The translations under genes and the position numbers were made by a program. A model generated the notes under the pieces. It was given only the letters and a program-made list of their open reading frames with translations. It made no database searches and was not told the origin of the DNA. A DNA stretch of 64,000 nt. It comes from Heptranchias perlo. Lineage: Eukaryota. Numbering within the stretch: the stretch's first letter is position 1; each line of letters begins with the position of its first letter. Shown here in pieces: positions 13,701 through 27,250 of this stretch. The stretch lies in the NCBI RefSeq assembly GCF_035084215.1, contig NW_027139623.1:2232001-2296000 (forward strand), written 5' to 3'.

Positions 13701-14564
13701 TAATGTGTTGCTCTGGGTCTAATCGATTTGAAATTGTAACTTTCAGTTTCATAAAATGGGTGAGTTCTGAACTGGTATCTGATTTTGTTTCTCAGGTTAT
13801 ACTATCTTTCAGCATCTCTCACTCTGATACTGTATGTGAGTTTTGGACTTGTCTGTCATTTGTATCTCAGGTTACAGAATTGGGATGGATACTGCGTCTT
13901 TTAATATCATAATGTGTGTGAGTTCTACTCGTTATTTGAGATGAATCTTGGTTTACATTATTGGGGCTAATGTTGTATCTTTCAATCGGGCACCGTGTGT
14001 CAGTTCTATCTGTTATTTAGTTTCTAGCTTTGGCTGCACTATTGTGAAATTGACACAGTGCCTTTCAATCTGATGGTGGTGTGATATTGGACTGGGATTT
14101 ATGGATCTCCCTGGCAGTTGTACTGAGTTGGGGTGAAATAGAAACAACATCTGCCTCTCCTCCTCTGACTGTTGAATTGAAAGTGTGTCTGTGGTACTTG
14201 GGATCAGTGTGGGACTGACTATTTCGACTGTCTTAGATTGTGGAACGGATGACCTATCTGTGTCTCTGTGCTCTGTGAGTTATAATGTACCTACCGTGTG
14301 TGAGCAGGAGATGGCTGCCCTGTTCCTTGTGCCTCCGGTGATGGAAACATCACATTTTTTTCTGGCTCCTTAAAATATTTGCCTGTAGAAAGAAAAAGTA
14401 TGTCTTGTAACTCAAGAACAGGTGAGGTAGAAAATACAAAAGTGATCAGTTTAATATCTCTGATAGTGAACATTTTGAATATCCACAAATGAAATCCAAT
14501 GATACAAACAGTGTCAGTGTCCGACTCCACTGAATTACTGCAGCACTCAGCTTCTGCACACCAT

Positions 14565-14830
14565 AGAAACAAGGAAAATAGGAGCAAGAGTAGGCCATTC
14601 GGCCCTTCGGACCTGCTCCACCATTCAAAATGATCATGGCTGATCGTCCAACTCAGTACCCTGTTCCTGCTTTTTCCCCATTTCCCTTGATCCCTTTAGC
14701 ATTAATAAATATATCTATCTCCTTCTTGAATATATTTAATGACTTGGCCTCGACAGCCTTCTGTGGTAGAGAATTCCACAGGTTCACCACCCTCTGAGTG
14801 AAGAAATTTCTCCTCATCTCGGTTCTAAAT
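14565..14830 (-). mobile_element. CR1 LINE 3' end inserted into the satellite-associated module
   Basis: GAGTAGGCCATTCGGCCCTTCG...AAGAAATTTCTCCTCATCTCGGTTCTAAAT; absent from paralogous modules at ~25240 and ~28880. Confidence 0.8.
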
Positions 14831-16902
14831 GTGCCAGGTGTGTTGGGCTGTTTTAAAACAATTTAGTGACATCCAGACACAATCCAGCCCCTTCACTGAT
14901 CCATGAATGGGACTACCCGATGGGGCAGGGACCTTTGCACAAGTCAGGTTTCTAATCCCCTCTCGGTTTCTCTCAGTATCTTTTGATGATAAAGAGCCTT
15001 TCGGAGATAAAGTGGGCGGCTGTGAAATGAGCCAATGGGTTCTGTTCATTCTTGGCCGCTCCACTGACAAAACTTACGTTTGACTTAGAAACTGGAGGGA
15101 GGATTTCTCAAACCAATCCTGGAGAAACAGGGGAGAAAGTAGGAGTTGTGGTCTTTGCTGGGACCGTGTAAGATTAATATCTGACGGCAACAGTCCCAGA
15201 TTAATATAATCAGAGTGAAACTCTCCGTCACTGAGAGTAATACCAATTGGCCCTCAGCTGCAAGATTGCAAAGGGTACAACATGCAAGAGAGGGTTAAAT
15301 GTGTGACACTGTCCCTGAGAGTGGGATTAATAATGTGTCTGTCTCTGAAATAATATCAGTGAGATATGAGACTGCATCTTCTGTCACTCCACAGTGGATT
15401 AGCAATTGGAACGGAATAATTTCCAATGTGTTACTGGGTGAAAACGGGACATTACAGGTCAGTTTCTCTCTCTTTTTCTACTGTATATGAAGGAGGGATA
15501 CTGTTATTGAGCGTGATACAGGCAAACTGATAGGAAGCGTAAGGCTGATAATATGTCTGTCTGTATCTCTCTCTCTAGCGCTGTACATGAAGGTGGGATA
15601 CTGTTACTGAGCGTGCAACGGACATACTGATGGGAAGTGCGAGACTGATATTGTGTCTTTCTGAGTGTGTCTCTGTTTGTCTGTTTATCTGTCTGTCTGT
15701 ATTTCTCTCTCTCTTGTGCTGTACATGAAGTTGTCATACTGTTACTGAGCGCAATAAATACACGCTGATAGAAAGTGAAAGATTGATTCTGTGTCTGTGT
15801 GCTGATGTTGAAACGGTCACCGTCCGTTCTACTTTGCATCAGCCGGTCTGGCGGTGCATTTATCTGCATCCAATCCTGTAACGAAAGGTCGACTAAGACA
15901 GCCTGTAACTGACTGACACTGGACTGTCTGTGAGTGTTGAATTTGTTCAGTAACGAGCCGTCTCTGGGTGTTGAGAATCGGACGGAGAGGACACCAGTTA
16001 CTATTATCTGTCAGTCAGTTTAGGAGGAGAGAGAAACACAGAGAGACTGGAGGAGCCCAGAGCGGATAATTTGTATTTTCATCGAAACCAAACATATTTC
16101 TGTGTGCCAACAATATAATCCTGTAAAACCAGATATGGATAATCACATCCACAGCTGTGATTGACTCCTGTCCCTGAAACTGGGGACCAGACACTGTGGG
16201 GAGCGCCGGCCTCAGAGTGTTTAACAGTGACTGAGCTGGGAAACTACAACTAACCCCCGAGAATCTGCAGCACAGGCCGAGCGGGGAGGAAAGCCTGTCC
16301 CGGGAATTGTCAATCTGACGAACAGTTTGTCCTGTGAATGTGAAGATGTGAACATTGTGTCAGAGAGAGTGTGTTAAAGGGTTAGATTAATGTCACTGTG
16401 TTTGTGTGGCCGGTCTCATCGCCGGATTTCCAAGTCTATTTTGAGTAAAATTCAAATAAATCCCTGTCAAAGGATCGCCCTCCTCCCCTTGCCGAGCTCT
16501 GAAGTGGAAATTTAAGGTAAAGTTTGAGTTCAATTCAAGATTTCAGCCGAAAAACGGAGATCATGTCAGCGATCGGGTGAGAGAGCGCGATCAGTGCAGC
16601 AATGAAACGGGTTTAAATCGAAACTGGTGCTTTTAATTCCGGTGAAAGTTTATCGACAGCAAACATACCGGTGTTACAGATGGGGAGGGGCTAGTCTGGG
16701 ACTCTGGAGTGCCCGATTTGAATTGGAATCGGGGAGTTTAAGAGGAGAGAGAAACACAGAGAGGCTGGAGGGGCCGGGAGCTGACAGCAGGATGTCTCCG
16801 CCCCGTCCGCTCTGTGCCTTTAAGTAGCTCTGTGCCGCCGCCTCTCGTTTCATTTCTGACCCAGCACTGACTGTCAGAGAGATTTTCGACAGAGTCCCGG
16901 AC

Positions 16903-17520
16903 ATGACAGACACTGCAGCCGCCGAAACGGCACCTCCTGCCGCCGCCTCCGCTCCACCCAAGGCTCCCAAGAAGAAGAAGGCGGTTCCCAGACCCAAGTC
17001 CACCGGTCCCCCGTTGGGAGAACAGATCCTCAAGATTGTGGGGGATTGCAAGGATCGCAAGGGGATATCCCTGGCCGCGATAAAGAAGGTTCTGGCGACC
17101 AAAGGCCTGGATGTGGAGAAGCTCCGGTCCCAGATCAAATTAAGTATCAAGAGAAATGTGGAAAAAGGCTCCCTGGTGCAGATCAAGGGCACGGGCGCCT
17201 CGGGCTCCTTCAGAGTCGCTAAGAAGGAAACCCAGGCAAAAGTGGTAAAGAAGGTGAAGAAACAAGTGACCAAGAAATCTCCCGGAAAGAAACCAGCGGC
17301 CAAAAAAACAGCCGGCAAGAAATTAACGGCCAAGAAACCAGCGGTCAAGAAATCGACCACGAAAAAGGCGGCGAAATCACCAATTAAGAAGAAAGCGGCG
17401 GCGAAGAAGCCCAAGACCCCCAAGACAGTGAAGGCGAAGGCGAAGAAGGTGGAAAAACCGAGGGCCAAGCCCAAGCCGAAGTCAGCAAAGGCAAAGAAAG
17501 CAGCGGGCAAAAAGAAGTAA
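16903..17520 (+). CDS. H1: histone H1 (205 aa)
   Basis: Globular domain (RKGISLAAIKK...KGSLVQIKGTGASGSFRV) and Lys/Ala/Pro-rich tail. Confidence 0.97.
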   Translation: MTDTAAAETAPPAAASAPPKAPKKKKAVPRPKSTGPPLGEQILKIVGDCKDRKGISLAAIKKVLATKGLDVEKLRSQIKLSIKRNVEKGSLVQIKGTGASGSFRVAKKETQAKVVKKVKKQVTKKSPGKKPAAKKTAGKKLTAKKPAVKKSTTKKAAKSPIKKKAAAKKPKTPKTVKAKAKKVEKPRAKPKPKSAKAKKAAGKKK

Positions 17521-17556
17521 AAAATCAAGTGCAACTTGTGACCATCTGAACCCAAC

Positions 17557-17572
17557 GGCTCTTCTCAGAGCC
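17557..17572 (+). terminator. histone 3' stem-loop (H1)
   Basis: GGCTCTTCTCAGAGCC, then ACCCA and HDE AAAAGAGCTG. Confidence 0.95.
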
Positions 17573-17759
17573 ACCCACGTCTCTCAGAAAAGAGCTGATC
17601 CCGGAATCAGATGATTCCTGTCCCGGGGCCGGGCTCAGATTTCAGATTGAAATCGTTTCAAATAAACCCAGGGTCCTGGTGACTCGCTGACATTCGCTAT
17701 CCTCGCCCCACTCCCACTGTCTGAAATAAAATAGAGAGAATGGGATTTCCGGGCCGCGC

Positions 17760-18151
<392 letters not shown>

Positions 18152-18935
18152 ACAACTCGACCTATTCTGACCAAACACAAAACAAAGGCTCTTCTCAGAG
18201 CCGCCCACCGCCTCACAGAGAGAGCACTGACCTGGAAACGGGGAGAGCAAAGATCTCGGGATGGGGAATCAGTTTCTGATATTTAATTAGTATGGGGAGA
18301 TTCCCCAACACTCGGTGCAGTGAGATCAGAAACAACGGCCGGGGTTCTCGGCCATCCCGAGAGAAGGAGCGGAATTCCCGGTTTCACGGTATAAATGAAC
18401 AGGCGGGGATCCAGAGTCTTTCCCCAGACATTACATTCTCCGCTCAGAGTAAAATCCCTCCTCACTCCCTCTCCCGCTGTGTCCTCTCTGCTCGGTCTTT
18501 ATTTCCTGCCCTCATTCAATTATCAGTTCGATGTGAAGTTTCTGTTTGAGGAGCGGTTCACCGGGCCGGAACTGGCGGGATTTTTGAAATTGAAGCTGGA
18601 CTTTGTCCCGTTCCGGAAAGCAATGACCGGGGCTTTATTCCCGCCCGTTTACAGACAGATCAGAGAATGAACCGGAATGTGAAACAGCCTGAGATTTGAG
18701 ATGAGGAGTCGGAAATAATGGAGATTATAAAGAGAGAGATTCTTAAATTGCTGGAGGGAAATGAGATTTTCTTGAAACTGTTATTTGATGCTCTGAAATT
18801 GGCGGGCTTTTTGAAATTGATGATTAATTTCAGCTCAGCCAATTGGGGCCCAATACCTCCCGCCGTTTCGGTCTGACTGACAGAGCTCGGTTCAAACCTG
18901 CCAATCACAGTCCCGGGACGGTCACTCCCTGATAG

Positions 18936-19472
<537 letters not shown>

Positions 19473-20096
19473 ACCCGACCCGGCTTCAGCACCAAGTGCA
19501 ACAAAGGCTCTTTTCAGAGCCACCAAATCGGCGATGGAAAGAGCTGAGATCTCCTTTGTTGAAATGGCATGTCCTTGAGAAATTTGCTTAAACGGGAAAT
19601 GTACAAAGGGGAGGGAGCAGATATCAGACGGGCAGGGACAGAATAAATACCTCACTCACATCCAAACACAAATTTCACACATTCTTTATTCAGTAATCGC
19701 TGACACTATAAACAACTTATCATTCAGCATCTGTTGTATACATCTGGGTAAAATAACAAACCGAGGCAGACTTGTCCGAGGATGGGACGGTAAATAATAA
19801 CAAGCGTCCCTGGTATTTCTGCATCCCACCCACCCAGTTAACAATTCTGACGGTTCTGGTATTTTGTCTCATTCACCAGACAAACTGCAAATTTCAATCT
19901 ATTGGAGGTTGGCGACATCTGCGGTCCGGAAGCGAGTACTGCAACAGACCGATATGGATCATTTGTGTTTAACAAGTTATTGTTAGTTTCTCGAATCGGA
20001 ATCAAGTCCTTTGACAGACAGTAACCAGCCCTTTCATAAATACAGTGGGTGGCTCTGAAAAGAGCCTTTGGGTTATCAGATTAAATCTTGGTCGCT

Positions 20097-20537
<441 letters not shown>

Positions 20538-21299
20538 TTACCCTTCTTATAGACTGAAAGATCATCTGATTGGTTGTTCTTTAATACACCTCATTTGCCT
20601 ATTTCATTAACCAATCAGATAGCTGGGAATCAGAAGAGGGCGGGATTTACCGGCCTCAACGGTCAGACAAGGAATTTGATGAATTTCAAAAAGCCCGCCA
20701 ATTTCAGTGTGGTGAAGGACCGGATTTCGATCAATGTCGCCCTGAGCACAAGATTTTAAACCCGTTCTTTTTATCTTGTCTTATTCAGCGCTACCCGTCA
20801 CCAATCGCTGGAGCTATTTTAAAATCTGCTTTAAATTATGCCTCATTCTATCATCGCTTTCAAACTGTACCGAACGGGACTAAATCCCCATTCACAGCAT
20901 CCCGTGAAGGGACACATTTCAATTTTGTCTTTATAAAAGTGACACGTTATAGATTGGTTCCTTCTCACAGGGCCGGGAGTGTTTCTGTGAAAAGACGGAC
21001 CCGGACGGAGCTCTCATTCTGACCCTATTCCGCTGTGATTCTGCAAGGGGTGGGTTTGCTGTTAATGTGAGGATTTTCACATCAGCTTGCGAACATTCGG
21101 AGAATGGATTCTTACAGTTAAATGAAATACGAAGGGAGTGAGACAGAATTGTAACGCTTTAAGAGCGAAGCAAAGGGGAAGGAGCGGATCAGTTTATGGG
21201 TCAGGGATTTCAACGGGGCAGTTACAGTATCACTTCATTATAAGATTGGAATAATATTACAGTATCAAAATAATCCGAAGTATATAGGAAATGCAGCTC

Positions 21300-24200
21300 C
21301 CTCAGAGAGGTTGTGGGTGGCTCTTAAAAGAGCCGTTGTTTTTTTTCAGTACATTGTGGAGTTTTACTTGGAGCTGGTGTACTTGGTCACCGCCTTTGTC
21401 CCTTCCGACACGGCGTGCTTGGCCAGTTCCCCGGGCAGCAGCAGGCGCACGGCGGTCTGGATCTCCCGGGAGCTGATGGTGCGCCGTTTATTATAATGGG
21501 CCAGGCGGGAAGCCTCACTCGCGATGCGCTCGAAAATATCGTTCACAAAGGAGTTCATGATGCTCATGGCCTTGGAGGAGATGCCGGTGTCGGGGTGAAC
21601 CTGCTTCATCACTTTGTAGACGTAGATGGAGTAACTCTCCTTCCTCGACTTTCTCCGCTTCTTGCCGCCCTTGGCTGGTGCTTTACTCAAGGTTTTCTTG
21701 GCGCCCTTCTTGGGAGCTGCTTTCTTGTCCTCAGGCATTTTCAAACTCAATTTCAGACCCAGAAATGACCCAAATCCGCTCCGAGCTCGGATTAAATAGG
21801 CAGCCCCACAGCCCTATGGTAATGAGGGATGGGGGAAGGCAATGATTGTGATTGGACGATTGGGCGTGATGACACAACACATTTTCTTTCACGCTCTGAT
21901 TGGTTTCTTCAGATATCCAATCAGATTTAATACCTGCCACCAATCACAAACACGCTCACACTGCACATTGTCCGGTTTCTGCAATTTGTTCCGAACTGTT
22001 GCAGTTCTGCTTCCGGCCAGTAGATGTCCCCAAACCTCAATATTTCTGCCATTTCGCTGACGTCACCTGTCAGTTTATCTTGTGAATCCCCGGGTGACCC
22101 TCAAGATATTCTGATTTTCATTTTGTTATTTTTATGTCTGTGGAACAATTTACTATTTCTTTTGATATTCCTTGATAATTTGATTTCGTGGTTCCTGTTT
22201 GCTTCCCTAATTGTTTTTGTGACCTCTTCTTAACCTCTTCCTATTCGCTTTTGTCATACTCTTATTTAATATCTATAAATGAGAAATTCCATCAGCTTGT
22301 TGTGTCTGTTCAGGGGCTGATGTTTGGGAAATATTTATTGTCTATGTTTAAAGTGCCAGAAACCCAAAGGGAGCAATTCAGTCCCAAACTCCACAGAAAC
22401 ATTCCATTTCTCCCTCCTTGTAAAATAAGGCGCTATAATGGTGAGGATAGCTGCCTTCCAAGCAGTTAATTCCAACAGGTTTGAATCCCAGCACGCTGAA
22501 TTCAGAAACAGCAAGACTGGAACCGAATTTGATGATGTTCAGAGGGATAGTGTTTCCAAAACACAAACGGGTCTAATTTATATTAAAAAATGTTTTAAAT
22601 TAATGTATTTCCCCCATAACGTTGAATTTAACTCTGATCCTTTGTATTATTATTTATGCTGATCTGTACAGTGGATGCGGGACACAATTGCCCAGATTCA
22701 GTGAAATTAATTGATTTTCTGCAGTCTTTTCCTCTGCTAATTCCCGTTCTTTATTTAAATTATGTCGGATTAACCTTTCTGATCTATAGAAGGGTCATAG
22801 TCCTGAACCGTTAACCCGAGCTTCCCTTCTCCACAGATGCTGCCGGACCTGCTGAGTCTTTCCAGCATTTTCAGTTTTAATTTTTTCTATGTTTTATCCC
22901 TTTCACTTCTGACGGTCGTCATTGAAACTTCCAGATTTGCGCTCTGTTTTTATTTGTGTTTCAGTTCGGTTTATTTGAATTAATATAAATCGTGTCCTGA
23001 GAAATCAGACAGAAATATTGCGCAATGAAGAGTGAAACATAATGGGGCAACTTTCGAATGAGCAAAACAAAAACTTTATTATGAATCAATTGTCTAATTT
23101 TTCACTAACAAAATATGAAAAAATACGAGAATAGAAGTAACAGAGAGAAACTATTTCCTCACATTGCACATTGTCCTGAATCTGCAACAACGACAGATGA
23201 TGTGAATTTGTTCCACTCTGTTACAGTTCTCACTTATGGCCAGTAGATGTCAGACTATACGTGAGTGTGGGATTAATTCTCTGCCTGTATATGAGTGTGA
23301 TATTCAATCTATATCCATCAGTCTCCAATACATTCTGTGAGTGTGGGATTCATTCTGTATCAGTCAATCTCTGGGAATGTGTATGAGTGGTGCATTCATT
23401 GTGTGACTGGCAGTCTCTGGTATTTTATCACAGTGTGAGATTCATTCTGAAACTCAGTCTCTGGGCAAAGTGCAAGTCAGGATTTCTTCTGTCATGTTAT
23501 TTCAGGTTACAGTATGTTGCTTGAAACTGTATCTTTAATTCATTAATGTATGCAAATCCTTAATCTACCATTAATTTGTAAATATGGATACACTTTTGGA
23601 TTTTATTTTAATCAAACAACGTGTGTGAGTTTTGTTTTAGGATTACATCTTAATTTATGTGAAGATAATGTACATTTCAATCTTTTACTGTGAAATTATT
23701 GGACTGATATTTATTGTGTAGCTCAGTCTGGGCTAATGGAATTGATATTGTATCTTCCAGTCAGATACTGTGTGAGATTTTTGGACTGGTATGTAATGTG
23801 TGGTTCAGACTGTACTAATGGAATTGACACTCTAACTTTCAGTCAGACACTGCGAGAGATTTTTGGACTGGTTTCTAATGTGTAGCTGAGTCTACACTAA
23901 TAGGACTCACACTGTATGTTTCAGTATGATCATGTATGTGAATTTTGGACTGAATATAATGTGTAGCTCAGTCTGCACTAATGGAATTCATAATTTACCT
24001 TTCAGTCTGACACTGTGTAATATATTTGGACTGGTTTGGAAGGTGTAGCTCAGTCTGCACTAATGGAATTGATACTGTATCTTCCAGTCAGATACTGTGT
24101 GAGATTTGTGTACTGGTATGTAACGTGTCGGTCAGTCTGTACTAATCAAATCGATACTATATCTTTCAGTTTGATACTGTACGTGATTTTTGGACAGGTA

Positions 24201-27200
24201 TCTAATGTGAACCTCTGTCTGCAGTAAAGGAATTGATATTTTATCTTCCAGTCTAATACTGCATGCGAATTTTGGACTGGTATATAATGTGTAGCTCAAT
24301 CTGCACTAATGGGATTGATACTGTATCTTTCAACCTGACACTGAGATTTTTGGACTGGTATGTGATGTGTTGCTCAGTCTGCTCTAATGGGATTGATACT
24401 GTGCCTTTCAATCTGATACTGTATGAGAATTTTAGACTGGCATCTAATGTGTACCTCAGTCTGCAGTAAAGGAATTGAAACTGTACATTTCATTCTGACA
24501 CTATGAGAATTTTGGACATATATGTGAGTCAAATATGGGTAACATCTGAAATGGTATCTAATTTGTATCTCAGTGTACAATATTGTCATGAATACTGCAT
24601 CTTTAAACTCATAATGTGTGTGAGTTGTGGGCTGGTATTTAATTTGAATCTTGGAGTACACTATTGTGATTCATTCTGTACCTATCAATCGGTACAATGT
24701 GTCAGTTCTATCTGGTATTTAATTTGTAGCTAAGGCTGAAATAACGTGAGATTGACACAGTGCCTTTCAACCTGATACTGGGTGTGATTTTGGACTGGGA
24801 ATTATTTATCTGCCAGTCAGCGGTGCTGAGTCGTTGTGAAATGGAAATTCCGTCTGTCTCTCGTGCTCTGTTTGACTGTTGGATTGGGATCAGTGTGGGA
24901 CTGACTATTTCTGCTGTCTGAGACTGTGGGACTGATGACATGTCTGTGTCTCTGTGCTCTGAGTGATAATGCACATACTGTGTGTGAGAAGGAGCTGGCT
25001 GCACTGTTCCTTGTGCCTCGGGTGCAGCAAACATCACACGGATTCTGGGTCCTTCGAGGATTTAACTGAAGGAATAAAAAGTATCTCTTGTAATTCAAGA
25101 ACAGGTGAGGTAGAAAATACAAAAGTGATCAATTGAATCTCGGTTAATAATCATTTTAATATCCACAAATGAAAACCACCGATACAAACAGTGTCAGTGT
25201 CTGACTCCACTGCAGGACTGCAGCACTCAGCTTCTGCATACCAGGTGTGTTGGGCCGTTTTAAAACAATTTAGTGACATCCAGACAAAACCCAACCCCTG
25301 CACTGATCCATCAATGGGACTACCCGATGGGGACGGGAACTTTGCACATATCAGATTGATATTTCCCTCTCCCTTAGGACTAACCGTTCAACCAAAACAA
25401 AACTGCCGCTGCTTAAAATGTGTCCTTCAAACTTCTCACCTGAGGCCTGCAATAAATGCTTTTTGTATAACTCCCCACATCCTTACTGTCCGGCTCTGTT
25501 TACTGTTCAATAACAAACACTAAAGTTTAATGGTTGGGTTTAAAAAAATCAGATTTAATACCTGCCACCAATCACAAACACGCTCACACTGCACATTGTC
25601 CGGTTTCAGCAATTTGTTCCGAACTGTTGCAGTTCTGCTTCCGGCCAGTAGATGTCCCCAAACCCCGGGTCATTGAAGTTTACAGATGAGAGAGGGACAG
25701 AAGATAAACTCATTCTTCACATTATATTGCACGGGTGGGATTTAGAAAAACTGGGAATGGAGACGAGCTGCAAGTACATTTTGTTTGACCAAACACTACT
25801 TGTAATGCTGTGTTAAATTCTTGTAATTGAGTTCGGGGGTATTGTCAATACTGAGGAAGACTGGGACAAAATAAACTTGCAGAACGGCCGTGTAAATGGC
25901 CATTGAATTTCAATATAGAAAGGTGTGAGATGCTACATTTCGCTACGGGGAATAAGGAGGCCACATACTGCATGGAAAATAAGAGTCTAAATGGGGTAGA
26001 GGAGCAATGTAAATCGTGTCCTGAGAAATCAGAGAGAAATACTGCACAATGTACAGTGAAATATAATGGGGCAAATTCACAACTGTCGAATGAATGAAAC
26101 AAAAACTTCATTATGAATCAATTGTCTTCATGTTTCACCGTCAAAATGTCCAAAAATAGGAGAGTAAAAGTTACAGACAGAAACTTTCCTCACATTGCAC
26201 ATTGTCCTGTTTCTGTAACCACGACAGATAATGTGAATTTGTTCCCTCATTACAGTTCTCGCTTACGTCCAGTAGAGGTCAGTCTCTGATACTGTATATG
26301 AGAGTGGGGTTTATTCTGTATCTGACAGTCTCTGGTGCTTTATTTCAGTGTGAGATTAATTCCATCACTGTCAGTCTGTGGTGCTGTATGTGAGTGTGGA
26401 ATTAACTATGTACCTGTCAGTCTCTGGTACTGTCTGTGTGTGTGGGATTCATTCTGTATCTGCCATTCTCCGCTGCTTTATCTCAGTGTGGGATTCATTA
26501 TGTAATTCAGTCTCTGAGACAATGTGCAAGTCTGAATTCATTCCATATTCTTATTTCAGTTCAGAGTATCGTACTTGAAACTGTATCTTTAACACTCCAA
26601 AGTATATACAGTTCATTGTCGAGTATTTAATATGTTAATATGGATGCACTTTTCGATTTTCTTTAATCAAACAATGTATGTGAGTTTTGGAGTAGTATTA
26701 CATCTTAATCTCTGAAGTCTATTGTGAATGATAATGTACCTTTCAATCTGTTCACGTTGAAATTACTGGACTGGTATGTAATGTGCAGATCAGTCTGCAA
26801 TAATGGGATTAATTCAGTATCTGAGTCTAACACTGTGAGAGATTTTTGGACTGGTGAGTAACATATAGATCATTCTGCACTAAAGGAATTGATTCTGTAT
26901 CTTTCAGTCTAATATTGTATGAGGTTGTTGGGCTGTTATATAATTTTAGCTCAGGTGGTGCAAATGGAATTTAAACTATACCTTCCAGTCTAATCATTAA
27001 TGTGATTTGTGGACTGGTATGTAATGTGTAGCTCAGTCTGTACCAACGGTATTGATCCTGTTTATTTCAGTATAACATGAGTATTACCAATATATCGAAT
27101 ATGCAGCTCAGTCTGCACCAATGGAATTGACACTTTATCTTTCAATCTGACACTATGAGATTTTTGGACTGGTATGTAATGCGTAACTCAGTCTGCAGTG

Positions 27201-27250
27201 ATGTGATTGTGCGATTCATTCTCCATCTGTCAGTCTCTGGTACTGTTTGT
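21300..27250. repeat. right arm of inverted segmental duplication (includes 46-bp and 80-bp satellite arrays at ~23260-24500 and ~26280-27200)
   Basis: Reverse complement of ~720-8580, lacking 6455-7594 and the H2B insert. Confidence 0.9.
21364..21738 (-). CDS. H2B: histone H2B (124 aa, intact)
   Basis: [12 protein letters not shown]...KYTSSK; stem-loop at 21319-21334. Confidence 0.98.
   Translation of the reverse strand: MPEDKKAAPKKGAKKTLSKAPAKGGKKRRKSRKESYSIYVYKVMKQVHPDTGISSKAMSIMNSFVNDIFERIASEASRLAHYNKRRTISSREIQTAVRLLLPGELAKHAVSEGTKAVTKYTSSK

Noticed and set aside
16674-17555. Long antisense ORFs over histone genes (also 19017-19655, 10934-11395, 9595-9939)
   Set aside because: Expected shadow frames of GC3-rich histone coding sequence.
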